From Takakia lepidozioides (lineage: Eukaryota > Plantae > Bryophyta): a DNA stretch of 64,000 nucleotides. The stretch lies in NCBI GenBank assembly GCA_030704615.1, contig CM060734.1, positions 63,178,001 to 63,242,000 of the forward strand, in the 5' to 3' direction. Below, piece after piece: positions 50,172 to 63,222 of the stretch; positions within the stretch are counted from its first letter, which is position 1, and the number at the start of each line of letters is the position of its first letter. The position numbers and the translations under genes were made by a program. The notes under the pieces are model-generated. The model made no database searches. It worked only from the letters and a program-made list of their open reading frames with translations, and had not been told where the DNA came from.

Positions 50172-53100
50172 ATGATCTCCTGCTACGGATTCGCTGCCTC
50201 CGCCTTTTCACCCCCTGCATCTCTTTGCGCACACTTATCGTCTGTCTCATCAATTTCTACACCACCACGTTTCTCACCCGCTTCCTCATTCTTGGCCTTT
50301 GGAGCCCTGCCTCTGCCCACGCTAGAGGTTGTTGCTGCAAGGAAAAACCAGGGGGGATCAAGAATACAACAAACCAAGCGGTGGAAGGCCGATGAATCGG
50401 CTAAGAAAATAGGATCAGCAGGGATAGATGTATATAGAAACGCTTTAGAATCTACTTGTAATTCTTCACAGGAGACTCTGTTGCTTAGAGAGGACCAAGC
50501 AGTTGGACAGGTGGTGGCTGCCCAGGCTAATTTCTTGAGGGTGTATGTCGAGAGGGCCTGGGAGGATGGTGGAGCCCATGGAAAAAGTTGCGCTGGAAAG
50601 TCAGGTGGGCAACACACACATGAGATCACCGAGGTTGAGTACATTGCTAGGACATATGATCAATTCCCAGAGAGAGGGGGAGACTCAGGGTTTATCACAG
50701 GCTCGAAGAGGAAGGGAGAAAGGAACGGTTTCGAAGGAATTTTGTCAACCGAAAGCTGCGATGTTGGGGCATCAAATACAACAGCCATGCCCAGACTGAC
50801 TGCAGGACCAAAAGCAGGCACTGAATTGCTATGCGTGGTTCGCGCGCTACTGAAGAAAATCAAAAGACGAGTCCTTGTGGGAGACAAGGTGTTGGTGTCT
50901 GGAATCGATTGGACAGACAGGCGAGGAATGGTGGAAGATGTTCTCGGTAGAAAGTCCGAAATTGCCGAGCCACCTGTAGCCAATGTGGAGCATTTACTGG
51001 TGCTGTTTGCCCTCGACCGCCCGAAATTGGACCCCATGACACTAAGCCGGTTCCTTGTGGAGGCGGAATCGACAGGCATTCCTTTCACTTTGGTGTTGAA
51101 CAAGGCTGACCTTGTGCAATCGGAAGTGAGTTCTACTGCTTCACATATGCTCTCTGTCCCTCTCTCCTCCTACCGCCTTCTATCACCGCTGTATGTCTGG
51201 CGGAGTAAGCAGAGCCACGTGTGTGACATTAGTGTTCAGGTACATCATGCTTTCTAGTGTAATGTCAATCAAGGCCATGCCTCGAGGGTTTCCCATCCTT
51301 GTCTCGTCACAACCATGATGGTTCTTGGAGACCTATCCATGCTTATACCGATAGCTTGGCCTCTCTGGGGTACTCAAATGACCCGAGTCCTTCCTTGGAA
51401 TCCTAGGAAGTTGACAATAGGAAAAACAAACTACCAACCATTGATAGACATTTCCACTCCATTCATTGGCTCAATGCAGACTGGTTTCAGCTTTATCTTG
51501 GCCGATGCTAAGAAGCTGTTTGCAAAATCTGTGTTCAACTTGATGGCCACTGCTTTTCCAGTGCATGTATCACATACTTTGACAAGATTTAGCAGATTTC
51601 TTCAGGGGATTTCCTTATTGCCAATCCGAGTTTTCAACTTGTTGGACCTGAATAATTATAGGTGTTTCATTCAAGACCATGTGAACATGATGAGCATGGT
51701 ATGTATGTAAAAGATATTTTGATCATGACAGTTGTGGTCTTTTTCCAGAATTCTTAGGCTTATGGTGGCTGACTTTAGGGAGTCTAGGGATCTTTCATTT
51801 TGTTTAGTCACCTAAACCACTTGATCGGCATTATTCTTCTGTCTTCCACAAAGTAGTGTTTCTTCTGAAGGTCTGATATTTGGATGAGTCATATGACGTG
51901 TGTTGCACAGGTTATTGATGACTGGAAAGAGAGGCTAGCGACATGGGGCTATGAACCCTTGATATGCAGTGTGGGCACACTACATGGTATAGGTCCTCTG
52001 GTGGGGCTTTTGAAGAGCGGTATATCAGTGGTAGTGGGGCCCAGCGGAGTTGGCAAGTCGAGCTTCATCAATGTGTTGCGTTATGAAGCCGGGGTTGATT
52101 TATGGCATGAGAACGAAGCCATGCAACGATTACAACAGTTTACCTCTGAAGAAGATGGTGAAGTCGCCACACCTTGCCAGGTTTGTAGATCTGTGAGTTT
52201 TAATGAGTAAAGATCTATGGGGCATATCTGTTTTGTTGAGATAGGCTGGGGGGCTGAGGACAGTGTGGGTTTCACCTTGGTTGCTTGGTAGGAACAGGGA
52301 GGCCATGGTAATCTTCAATGTTCTCAAGATCTACACCTCGGTTTTACCTTATTTCCTGTGATTCAGGTACTCGAAGAACTGGAACAGTTTGAAGAGCTGC
52401 AAGTAAGTGAGGTTTCAACTAGATCTGGCAGAGGAAGGCATACCACCCGTCATGTGTCCCTGCTTCAGTTGCCAGGTGGAGATGGTCTACTTGCTGATAC
52501 CCCGGGCTTCAGTCAACCAAGCCTGGCTAGAGTCAACAGTGCTGGCTTAGGGGAACTTTTCCCAGAGGTAAGGCTCTTTCTCTCATGCTTCCTGTGATCA
52601 AAATCTTCTGCTGAAGTCACAAAAGCTTAATTCATATTTGTCTCAGTACAAAACCTTATGTTCTACCTGCTTGTATCAACAACCTTGACTACTAGATGGG
52701 TAAGAGGGAGATGTTCGAGCTGTTATAACATTGCGTTTAAGTTTAAGTGCCCAAAGGGCACATGCATAGAGAACACAGATAAATGTGATATCATTTTGCT
52801 CAAGCCTTCCTGTTGCATTTATTCAAATTGTTGCACAGCCTCCCTACTGCACTCATAGTGGGCATAGCCTGCGATCATGCGCTCCATGAGACCAGATTTT
52901 GTTGATTCTTATTAACGCATCTTTCATGCTCCCGCATTTGGCGTATGTTAACAATGGTCTTCCCCATGTTAACATATGGTGCACTTCTTGCCTCAATAAA
53001 GTCCAGTGTCATCTGTTTCCTATTTCCTTAAGCTCTACATACCACATGCATGCTGAGTATATGCTGCAATCGACGCATGTGTTGGGAAGAACACAGATCC

Positions 53101-54053
53101 TCTTTGGACTCATTGGCAGAATGGAATTGGCAGGTAAGGGTAAGGCTCAGGACAAGTGACACTGGGGGGTGTGCATTTGCCAACTGCTTGCATGTAGGAG
53201 AGCCCAATTGTGCCGTTGGCAGCAAATGGGACCGGTACCCCCACTACATTGGTCTGTTGGATGAGGTGAGGAAAAGAGAAGAGGTCGAAAAGAGAGTTCT
53301 GGGCACCAAGCGAGAGAGTGAAATCAGGTAAGCTTCACTTTCGTAATTGGCACAAATAGGGTCACAGGATTTGAATGCACTCATTGAGCATCTACATCAA
53401 ACTTGAGAGCATGCCGGTGTCGTCTTTGAAAAGGGGGGAGAGTGAGTGGCAGAGGTCCTCATTAGACTTCGCATGGTGAGCCACAGAGAATTGTGTTGTC
53501 CTCTGAGATGGACTATCTAATACAAGGCTGCAGTTATACTTGTTTGCTGCCTTTATGTAATTTGTTGTTCAATGTCGTTACAGTTTTCTAGAAGGGTCCT
53601 GTGTCTCTTCGTTTTAATGACCATCCATTGTTGCATTGGAGATGGTTTATCTTTCCTTATCAATCGGTTACCATTAGAATGTGATTCCCAAGTTGCCTTT
53701 GAGCTAATATGGATACATTAAAATGTCAAATTGGTTGGTTTCTGTTCTTCTTAAAACTGAGTTTAAGCCATTATTGAACCTGAGTGTACTGTGCTCAACA
53801 AGGAACTCTGGCAGACATGTTAGAGTTGTTCCCCTAAAACGTGTGGGAGGTTGATCCTTGCCTAAAAGGAGTTTATATGTTGTGGTGTAGGTACAAGATG
53901 GGTGCAGCCGGGGTGAAGCAGGCAGAGCCAAGACTGGTCCCCAAGCGGCACCGGCGGGAGTCACGAAAACAGGTGCGGCAGTCACTGGATGAAGAATTGT
54001 GGGAGCAAGAGCAAGAGCAAGCTGAAGTGGAGGAGGTCATCCGTGAACGGTAA
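50172..54053 (+). CDS. RsgA: Organellar small ribosomal subunit biogenesis GTPase RsgA (YjeQ/EngC family); five exons (approx. 50172-51125, 51911-~52180, 52367-52568, 53133-53327, 53891-54053)
   Basis: Circularly permuted G motifs NKAD, GPSGVGKSS, GRHTT, DTPG; Zn site CAFANCLHVGEPNC; PPVANV; transit-like N-terminus. Confidence 0.9.
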
Positions 54054-55612
54054 TTGGCGGTAAGTGTACAATGATGAGCGTACGAAAATTGCAAATTTTT
54101 TTGCTTTACAACATCCAGGTGCAAGAATGCATTTGAGTAGTACCTAAAAGAGAAGGAAATGCAGTATCTGCATAAGGGATGGAGCCCACATTTTTGCAGT
54201 TGACCACAGCTGATTTTTCCCTACACGACGTCCTGCATCAGCCTGTACAAAGTGAAATATCATTGCAGAAAGGCTGGTTTTCAAATATAAGAGAAGGGAT
54301 GTAATTGGCAGGAGGTAAAAGTTGGGCATACTATGGACATACAGATGAAGTCTGTACTCACTTTGGAGCAACCTTCGAAAGAGCCCTAGTCTCATCCTTC
54401 CCACTTAGTTGTTTCTGTTTCTGACTCATCTTTAACCCCCTTGTTTGTTTTCTTGTGGCATGGTGGATTGCAATTCCTTTCGATTCGGAATCTGCATCTG
54501 TCAGTTTGAGTCAGTCTCAGATATAAACCTTATACCACCTGAAGTATACTTATTCCTATGATCTCCCCCTAAAAGAAATAGGAACTGTTCTCCAAACTCT
54601 GAAGTACTTATATAGGCACTTCAGCCGTTGGTCTATTCAAATGATCAAGAACAATCCTATGTGGGGAGCTTTCTTCAGCCCACCCCTGCCAGTTAGGTCG
54701 TCTCTCTCTCCTCTTTATATTTTTTATTTTTGCAGATTTCTATGATTTGAAGGCAACTATGTCTTGTGGTTGAGTTGTCCCATGTTGACACTGACTCTCA
54801 GTTGAGAACTGATGAAGTCAGTACAGGAGTTGTAACAGCTGGTCACTGATATACAGGATGTAATTGATTTGTCTCCTATTAGAATGACTCTCTAAGTAAG
54901 GGACACCAGCTTTCTTGTTTCCCCTCTTTGTATGTTCCTTTTCAGCATGACTTTCCTTGATGTTTTGTCCTTGTGCATTGTTTTCCACCTTTGAAAGTTC
55001 TTTTACTTGGGATGTGGCTATCTTGTTTTATCTGTGGTTACCTCTCAATTGTGAGTTCAAAGTTTTACTGTCCTTTTTCCATGTCTATGTTACCCAACAA
55101 CATGGAAGGTCTATTTGTCAATTTATCTACAGTAAAACGAACTCAGTTGTTTAAATTGTTTATACGTGGGTTTAGGACGTTAGGACTTACATCAAGGAAG
55201 TCACTTCTTATCACAGTCGACATTTAGCTATAACTACCTAACCATCAGTAACCTCTTGTTTTTGAGCTGTCAAGTAGATCATTTAGAAAGCTATACCGAA
55301 TAACGAGAGTTATGTACCGGCGTGAAGAATTCCCAAGCTGGCCATGAGATGTGGATCCACTTGAAACAGTACAGAACATGCACCTGATTATTGCTAAGCT
55401 TAGTAGAGGCCCCATTCATCACTATCGGTTGTCACTGTGCACAGACAGGCCAGTGAGTATGGTGCATGTTAGCTTTGCAATGATGGTTGACATAGATGAG
55501 ATGCGTGCAAGCTTCCGTGTATTGGACTTATTAATGCATGCAGGGCAGGTTGTTGTGACAAGAATACTGGTGTAAGTGTCCGTCTTTGAACTTTTAAGTA
55601 AAGGATGAGACT

Positions 55613-55802
55613 CTTCAATTGGGTGGTTATGTCCAACCACAGTTCCTGATTCATTGCTCATTTTTCTGTAAGTGCCTGCGGTTCAGTGTACAAAAATCTG
55701 CATTGTTCTTCAATTGGGTGGTTATGTCCAACCAAGGTTCCTCATTCATTGCTCATTTTTTTGGAAGTGTCTCCTGTTTTGTGTACAAAAACCTGCATTG
55801 TT
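55613..55802. repeat. Tandem duplication of a ~95-bp unit
   Basis: cttcaattgggtggttatgtccaacca...gtgtacaaaaa.ctgcattgtt occurs twice. Confidence 0.8.
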
Positions 55803-56571
55803 ACACTCCCACTGCAAGGCACCGTGCGGCCTCATTACGACGAGGCCACACAAAATTCAGAGGCCAAGGCACATGCTCTGCTACCTGACGTCTATGCCCA
55901 CACTAGTTACCTGTTCTATCAGCTGTGAACTGGGGACCTTTCTATATCTCACTGCTCTTCCTAGCTCCTGCCTGAAGGTGCCTAATCCTGAGGGCACGAT
56001 GCAAACTGTCAGCCTCAGGACATGGTTCAAACTAAAAAGTCCAGTCAGGTGTCACACAGCACCCAATGGATGGACTCTTTCAGAACAATCTATTAGGACT
56101 TCACTTCCAACCCCAAACATCATCACCTTAAAGGCCTCCCGACAACCTACATCCACTGTTGTTGTAAGTTTGGGAAAATGTGCGAGTTATATCATTTACA
56201 TACTCTTGTTAGCCGGCAGCAAGCTGCAGTCTGAGCCTAGCCACATCTTGGGTCAAGGAGAGACTGTCGAATCAATTGTTGGGTAACTCTGGAAACACAT
56301 CTGAAACCTGGTGAATGCTAGACTTACCCCAAGCTGCTGGGGTACAGATAAGTCTGGAATTGTAGAGCTGACAATCCCGGGCATGTTAGCAAAGGTAGAG
56401 ACTGGTGAAGTCTCCTGACTTTTGGTGCATTGAAAAACTCTTCACCAAGTCACCAGTAACAGCTTGTCAGTAGTTCATTTGTCAAACATCCAACTCTCCG
56501 ATACACTGCTGTCATTGCATTCGGGACCAATCCGACCTGTGGAGATGCATGTTGACATCATGAAACACCAT

Positions 56572-59500
56572 CTACTGAGCATCTAGCTCTGCCCCAAACT
56601 GTTCCAACCTTGATGCATCTTCTGCCGGGTCTCGAACTAAAGCATAATTGACAAGTCCATTGTCCTCAAACGCTTCAATCTGCCTTCCTCCAAACCTGGA
56701 ACAAGACACTCACGCTCTGAGCCCTGTGCTTGTCCTCGCAATCACATGAAGATTTGAACAATACGAAGTGTACAATTCATTTCCCACATAGAAAGAGACA
56801 CAAAGACGAAAAAGATGGGACGGAAGAACTTGCTTACCATCGTCCATTCATAACCTGAATGCACTTCAAGCCAGCCTTCTTTTCCTTAAATTTCACCATC
56901 ACCACTCCATCTGGATGATTCTCGTATACCTACAAAGGTAGAACACCTCACTAGGCTTAGTTTTAATTATATCACTGCCCTACACTTCCAACTAAATAAC
57001 ACACAGGTTAATGCACGAAGTAATCATATAAATTAGTTCCACCCCCAAATTGAAACTGCACTTGAATTTGAAGAAATCATGCGTCTTTGCTTGCTTGCAT
57101 GATTACCCTAAGCCTCTCGATGGGTCCAATTTTGGTGCACTCGTCCATTACATCTGCCTCCAGCTCTGGCAGGAAACTTGGATCTGACTGCAGCAGAACA
57201 GATGTAAACACAACTTTACTGATGCACCACATTCACCTAGACCCTGCTCTAAGACGACAATAAACACTACTGACTGCTGCATCCTACTTTCAAATGATTG
57301 ATTTAACCTTCTCAGATGGAGGGACTTTTGACATCCACTAAGGATTGTAATCATGTAATAGATGGTGCCTACTGCTGCTCTGTCCCTCTCACCAACTGGA
57401 AAAAGGAAGCATCAATCCTCAGTATGGAGATGTGAGCTAAGACATTGCCCAGTAAGGGGAAAAATCCCATTAGTACACTGCACAAAGCTATGGTCACAGG
57501 GAAGGGCGAAGAGAGATGTACCCCTTGACAGAGCTCTGGAAATGCTATTGCACTGCTGCTCTGTATGCTTTTTATACATGGAGAAAGGAAGCATTGATCC
57601 TCAGGATGGACATGTGAGTTAAGAAATAGGCAAGTTAAGGAAAAAAAGCCCCATGATTAGTTCATTGCACAGCGAGGGGAAGATGTACCACTTAACACAG
57701 CACTCTAGGAACACTATCTTAAAACAGGTTTATACCTTTTTCTAGAGGAATTCTACCATGTGTTAAATAATATTCTCAGACTTTACAATGAATTATCTTC
57801 CAAGACATTCCCCTTAGAAAGTCATCTATGACATACACTTTGAGGACTTCATCGCCCCAGGACAAGAGAAGCATGGACCAGCAGTTGAAGCACAGAGAAT
57901 CTAGACAGCTCTAGCTACTGCAGAGAGTGTACTAACCAGCAACTCTGCCCGCACAAACATGTGCTTCAAAATCACGGTCATGGGCTCTTCCTTCTTCTTA
58001 TCATCAAAACCTCCTGAACCTCAACAAAACCCGCACTATTAAAGCTGGCTCATCCCAGTTTGGAATGAGAGGGGCAGCAGAACTGAGATATATCACTTCT
58101 TCGCTGTCCACAAAAACAGAGAATAAGGAATGCCGCGACAATTTATAAAGACTTAAAGATCCAAGCAATCTGTGCACACCATGAGAACTGATTTACACAC
58201 CCCATCCAAGCGCCTTTTGCTCCAAGTGTTTGAGCTTCTTCTTCTTCTGCTTATTTTGCTGCTTCTTCACAAACACCTCCCCTGCTTCCACTCACAAGTG
58301 TGAGTCTCCCTCTCTCTCTCTCTCTCACACACATTTCCGCTCAAACTGGGCGCGGGGTCAATGGCCACAAGGCTACGGCAAACAACGTCTTATGAGTACA
58401 TTCTCTCTCACACACACACACACACACGTCCGGGGTTCTCTCACCAGAGAGACGCTCCTCTTCAAATCTATCAAGGGAATTGTGCCTATACCTCTACTTA
58501 CCACCTTTGAAAGTCTCGAGGCTGAGCCAAAAGCCCAGGCCCTTTTGGGGCCTAGTTATTAGGCAAACCACACACAGCAGGTCAAGGCATTTTGTAAAGG
58601 CATTTATACAAGATATCAGGAAAACCTGGATCAATTGTTTATTCCGCGGTAAGTCTTACTACCAGCGTCAGCCCCTGACAAAGGTAGGTTCTGTCCCTTT
58701 GTGTTCCGCTCAAACTGGGCGTGGGGTCAATGGCCACAAGGCAACGTCTTATGAGGACATTTTCTCTCTCTCTCTCTCTCTCTCACAAACACACACACAA
58801 ATGTATAATCTGGATCACGCATCCAACAGATGGCCAAGAGGTTTAGGGCACAAAGCAAACTTACAAACGGTCATGGGTGCAAAGCCACATAGGAGTATAT
58901 TGTAGCGAGTAGCTTAATATTTGTAAGTATGTGATGAGTGGGGTATAGTTTAATATACCCTTTTGCTCAAACTTAGCACGTGTCACAGTCATTAGCGGTC
59001 GTCCCCCTGGTCTCAAGGAGGTTCCATCAAGAATCTTGAGAGCTAGGTCCACTGAAGGCTCCTGTTGCCAACAAGATGACACCCCATGTGAGCAGGAACG
59101 CTTGGATGGAGCTATACCTGTGGTTCAACATGCCCATAAGTTCACATAACCATAAACTCACATGGAGACTTCACCCTACAGGTGAACAAATATAAAGTTC
59201 AGGGTACCTTCAAATACGTAACCAAACCGTCTCCTTTCTGTCTGGCTGTTGCTCTGTCCACGTAGAGCTTAACACGTGGCTGTTTAGTCTCAGGATCCTG
59301 CAAAGTGCGGTAGATAAGAAAGAATGGTGCACAAACTATCAACCATGCTTGCCCCACCCCCCGCTGCAGCTACAGACAAGCAATATAACCATATCAGCAA
59401 GAACCCTACATGATCATGTTTTATCAACACATACAAATAGGCACACTGACGGCCTTACTAAGCTTGCCCCACCTAGTCTTGACTTTGAAAGGAGACTGCC

Positions 59501-62147
59501 CTGAAATACTCCTCGACTTCAATCTCATCCACACACTCCCACACAGAGAGGGAGATACAGAGAGTGTACTCATGAGACATTGTTTGCTGTAGCCTTGTGG
59601 CCACACACCAGGGAGAATCGGAGAGGCATTAGGAGAGTTTAGAAAATGTAAGGAGCAGAGGAGGTCTTTCACCTCCTTAATGAGGCCACATTTAGAAAAG
59701 ACTTCCACCACCTGCCATTGTATCCATGTAAATGCAAAGTAAGTTCAGACTCCTGTATAGAGGGCAACCAATTAAAGAAAGAAAAAACATGCCACATCCA
59801 AAGCAAAAATCAGTTCTTTGCAAAGAGAACAAACGATGGTAAACAAAAAACACACGCATCCTACTTTCATGCCCTGCTCAGGCAGAATGACGAACGATAC
59901 GGACAGTAAAAGCAGTTTTCACATTCATTGCCTGTATTAACTTGATCACCAAGCATGCCAACCTTGCTCAGCAAATCCCACTCTCCCTCTCCCTTCCTGT
60001 ATCCCTCCAGATGGCAATATGGATTCCTGAGCCAGAATAAGCTCTCTTACCATGAAGCAACAAGGGAACCAAGTGAAGAGGATGTAAACTACTAATGTTG
60101 CAGTACGCGTGCACACACCATTTACAGTTTGTCCACATTTCGATACTGAGCATAGGTCGTAAATTAGTATCTCTGCAGGTTCTTGAAAGGCAGGAGCATG
60201 TTTTCGGGGGGCCAGCATGATGCGCCAGAGCTGCAGGGGGATACAACAGGTGGCACAGCTAACAAGAAGCTGCCACACTGCAACCAGAATTAATCTGTCA
60301 GAACGCACCTCGTCTACTGTAGCATCTTCCGGAAAGCCATCAACATACACATGAGTGTTGACCTTGAGATCAAACCAGGCCTCGGGTTCCTTTGTAGGCT
60401 CCTGCGCCCAAAGACCATTTCTAAGAACATGGAAGCTGCTAGACTGAGCAAATAACCAAAATGCAGGCAGTGTAGAGAAACTCATTAACCAAGAAGCCTG
60501 CCGCTGCCAACTGTGTACCCATGCTATCATAACATGGCAGATGCCCACATACACTCATTTCATGCAACCAAACATCCCCTATCCTTGCAATTTAAGACTG
60601 CTGTGGTCATCTGGAAAAAACCAGGGAAGTTTTCGTGGATTATGCCATTTGAACCAGATCAAGTACGAAAATCAACCGGGCCTGTATGAATAGTCAAGGG
60701 TTGGAGTAAGGGACTGAGTGGTAATAACATGTTAGTTCCTGACAAGCTAAAACCAGAATACCACAGAATCCATATCACCAAACAGCATACTGAAATTCTT
60801 TGGACCTAACCAATCTGACCATTGTAGAGAAGTGTAACTTGCCACAGAGTAAACAACGACTGCAGCAGTAGAGACGTAAATCCAACAATCTGAGCCATCA
60901 CAGATATTACCTTCTTTGCTGGTACCTCAACTTCATCGCTCTTGCGCTTTGCTCCAAGCTGACCTTCAGAATTTTCAGGCAAAGATGCAGGGGTGGCGTC
61001 ATTGATGTGTGCTGCCATAACTACTGACAGAGTTGGGAAGACTTCTTCCTCCTGTACAAATGTCATCTCCTCAGCTCCATAGGCCAGCAAGCCTGCCACA
61101 CCCTCCTCCTGCCCCATTTCCAACCCTATCAGCTCCTGCTTACAACATTTCATTTATGATTGAAAGCTGGCTGAGAACTCCCCCTGGTTATCCATTCAGC
61201 ATTAGGCATCCGCAGCCTTTACACTCACAGGCCGCTACTTAGTAGTAGGTACAAACCTCAGCCAGCAAGAATGCAACAATTCTGCTAAGACACAAAGCAA
61301 AGAGAGATCAAACGAGATAATCGACCATGAAGTCAACCACTGTCTCACTACACCATGAACTTGGCCCTTGCCATATTTGCATACAATGGTCCAACACTAC
61401 CCCTTCACCTAGACCCCTTCACCTAGACTCGCGGATAAGCAGGAGAGAGTTTAGTGAACACGCATTTCATCAAGAGGATATTTGGACGTACACCAATATC
61501 GCCGTGATTCAATATGACCTTAGTTGGTGGAGTGATTGTCTGGTGAATTCCGTTAACGAACGAGACCTCAGCCTGCTAACTACTCGTACGGCGTGTTAGG
61601 AGTACCTTCCTTCCTACTGTCTCCTCTCAATTGACCTAGTAGCTCTGATGGTTTTCCCTCGTTCCTCACTCTATCGGTGGAACAGATGCGTGGATTGGCA
61701 CGAGCGTACCTGGGGTACCCAAGCCTTGAAAGTATGGTCCCATTTGTAAACAGTGCCATCGTCATCAATAAACTCTTGTTCCCCTTCCGGAGGGCTCGGG
61801 GGCCTTTCTTCCTGATCGTCAACCACAGCGGGTTCAGCTTTCCATGACACGTTCGCTCCCGTGACAGCCTTGCGAGTATCAGAACGCCCACGGCGGCCTT
61901 TGCCAGCCTTGAGAGCCTCTGCCTCCTCCTCTGCAAGGCGAATCTCTTCCTGCCATCTCTGATAGTCGTCATCCTCGTCAGCCTTGCTCGGTAGGTCTGT
62001 AGTCTCCGTTTCTTGCAGCAATCCGTGGCTCGGTGCTGCTCCCCCCTCAATCACATTCCCATTTCTAGCACGCTCCTCCGATTCTTGACAGTAGCGGAGC
62101 TCTGCAGGCTCCGCGCTAGGGTCAGCAGCGCTGCGGCCCGCGGCCAT
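56572..62147 (-). CDS. HTATSF1/CUS2-like two-RRM splicing factor (Arabidopsis ELF9-like), multi-exon
   Basis: EFIDDDGTVYKWD..KAWVPQ, WFDLKVNTHVYVDG, FSKCGLIKE, KGDGLVTYLK, EPSVDLAL.ILDG, AKFEQKG, VILKHMF, YENHPDGVV.VKF, MNGRWFGGRQI, RLEQFGAELDAQ*. Confidence 0.88.
58334..58800 (+). repeat. Dispersed short repeat family with microsatellite tails (copies at ~58334, ~58702; inverse at ~59565, ~47604, ~876)
   Basis: Core ggccacaaggctac.gcaaacaa.gtc.tatgagtaca followed by (TC)n/(AC)n. Confidence 0.65.
61519..61582 (+). pseudogene. 64-bp fragment of cytosolic 18S rRNA gene inside an intron of the ELF9-like gene
   Basis: cttagttggtggagtgattgtctggtgaattccgttaacgaacgagacctcagcctgctaacta matches the conserved eukaryotic 18S segment as I recall it, with about 2 differences. 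Confidence 0.85.
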
Positions 62148-62424
62148 GCCTCCCTCGCACCTCCCACTGCCGAGCTCTCTCTCCCCGCTCCGCACCCTCC
62201 TTCTACCCCTAGCTCAACGAATGGTGACGGATAAAGTTCCCAACCCGCATACATCCATCCATGAGCTCCAAGGCAGAGGCGGATTGGGTGGGGGTCTATC
62301 TACAAGGCACGTTAACTTATCATCGTCTTCTCCAAACTGCGCTTCTCTCTTGTCTCCTCTTTCCTTGCCTTTCCTTTTCTTTTCTCGTCTTCTTCGCTTC
62401 GCTTCCTGGCTGTAGCCGTGTACG

Positions 62425-63222
62425 ATGGCGTTTGTAGCAGGTTACTCGCAGGCTTTGAAAACTGGTTTGGCGGTAGACGCCATCTCCAACAGAGAGGCAT
62501 CGTCAGCAAAGGCTTCGTCGAGCCTAGCTCCAGTAAATGCAGTTCACTTGACGGAGGGCTTACTTGGGAGAGCCAGCTTCATCACCTCAACAGGAAGTCG
62601 TCTTTCTCGCTCTCCTTTTGTAGAGTCGTCACTGACGGGAACCTCCGTCTGTTTTTCTAAACCTGCCAGGCACAGTCTAAAATCTTCCTGTGCGATTGCC
62701 AAGGCTTCTGCCGTGGGAGAAGACCCGGACTGGAATGACGATGACTATATTGTGTTAGGCTTGGCTCACTGCTTTCAAAAAGATGACGATGGAAAGCTCA
62801 AGGACGCATTGATTGTGGAGCCCGTTACTGCTGGGACCCTTGAGTGTATGGAGAATGGAGGGGTAACATGCTATAAGCACGCAATCGCCTCCACTTTAGG
62901 TGTGGCCCTGCAGCAGGATATCTCGTTGCTGCCTGAGGAGTACTCAATGGGTACGTTTTGTGTCGAGTTCGATTTTCGGGCCAAGTGCGCTTCCCGGACT
63001 TGGAAGAGGGACCACCCCCGTGAACACCTCATGAATCTGGTGCCCAAGAGTAGGGTGCGATCGGATTTCAACTTCTCCCTTGAAGACAAGCGTGTTTTGA
63101 ATGTCGAGGTGGTTGTGAATGACTCGGATAACATCAAGCAGGATATGAGCATTGATGTCTATGGGAGACAGAAAGAGGACGAACTGCAGAAAGAAATCTC
63201 AACTTTGTATGGTAGTGTGTGA
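62425..63222 (+). CDS. Intronless 265-aa protein of unknown function with an S/A-rich plastid-transit-like N-terminus
   Basis: Single long ATG-started ORF; globular-looking C-terminal domain DYIVLGLAHCF..IVEPV..KRVLN..V.DSDNIKQ. Confidence 0.75.
   Translation: MAFVAGYSQALKTGLAVDAISNREASSAKASSSLAPVNAVHLTEGLLGRASFITSTGSRLSRSPFVESSLTGTSVCFSKPARHSLKSSCAIAKASAVGEDPDWNDDDYIVLGLAHCFQKDDDGKLKDALIVEPVTAGTLECMENGGVTCYKHAIASTLGVALQQDISLLPEEYSMGTFCVEFDFRAKCASRTWKRDHPREHLMNLVPKSRVRSDFNFSLEDKRVLNVEVVVNDSDNIKQDMSIDVYGRQKEDELQKEISTLYGSV

Noticed and set aside
55672-56286. 204-aa plus-strand ORF
   Set aside because: Non-ATG start, overlaps a tandem duplication, no motif; probably non-coding
57405-57715. Diverged ~180-bp intronic tandem duplication
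   Set aside because: Looks real but is an ordinary local duplication with no coding or structural signal seen
61519-61582. Functional rRNA gene or intronic snoRNA guide
   Set aside because: Only 64 nt, with no flanking rDNA; too long for a guide element and I saw no convincing C/D boxes
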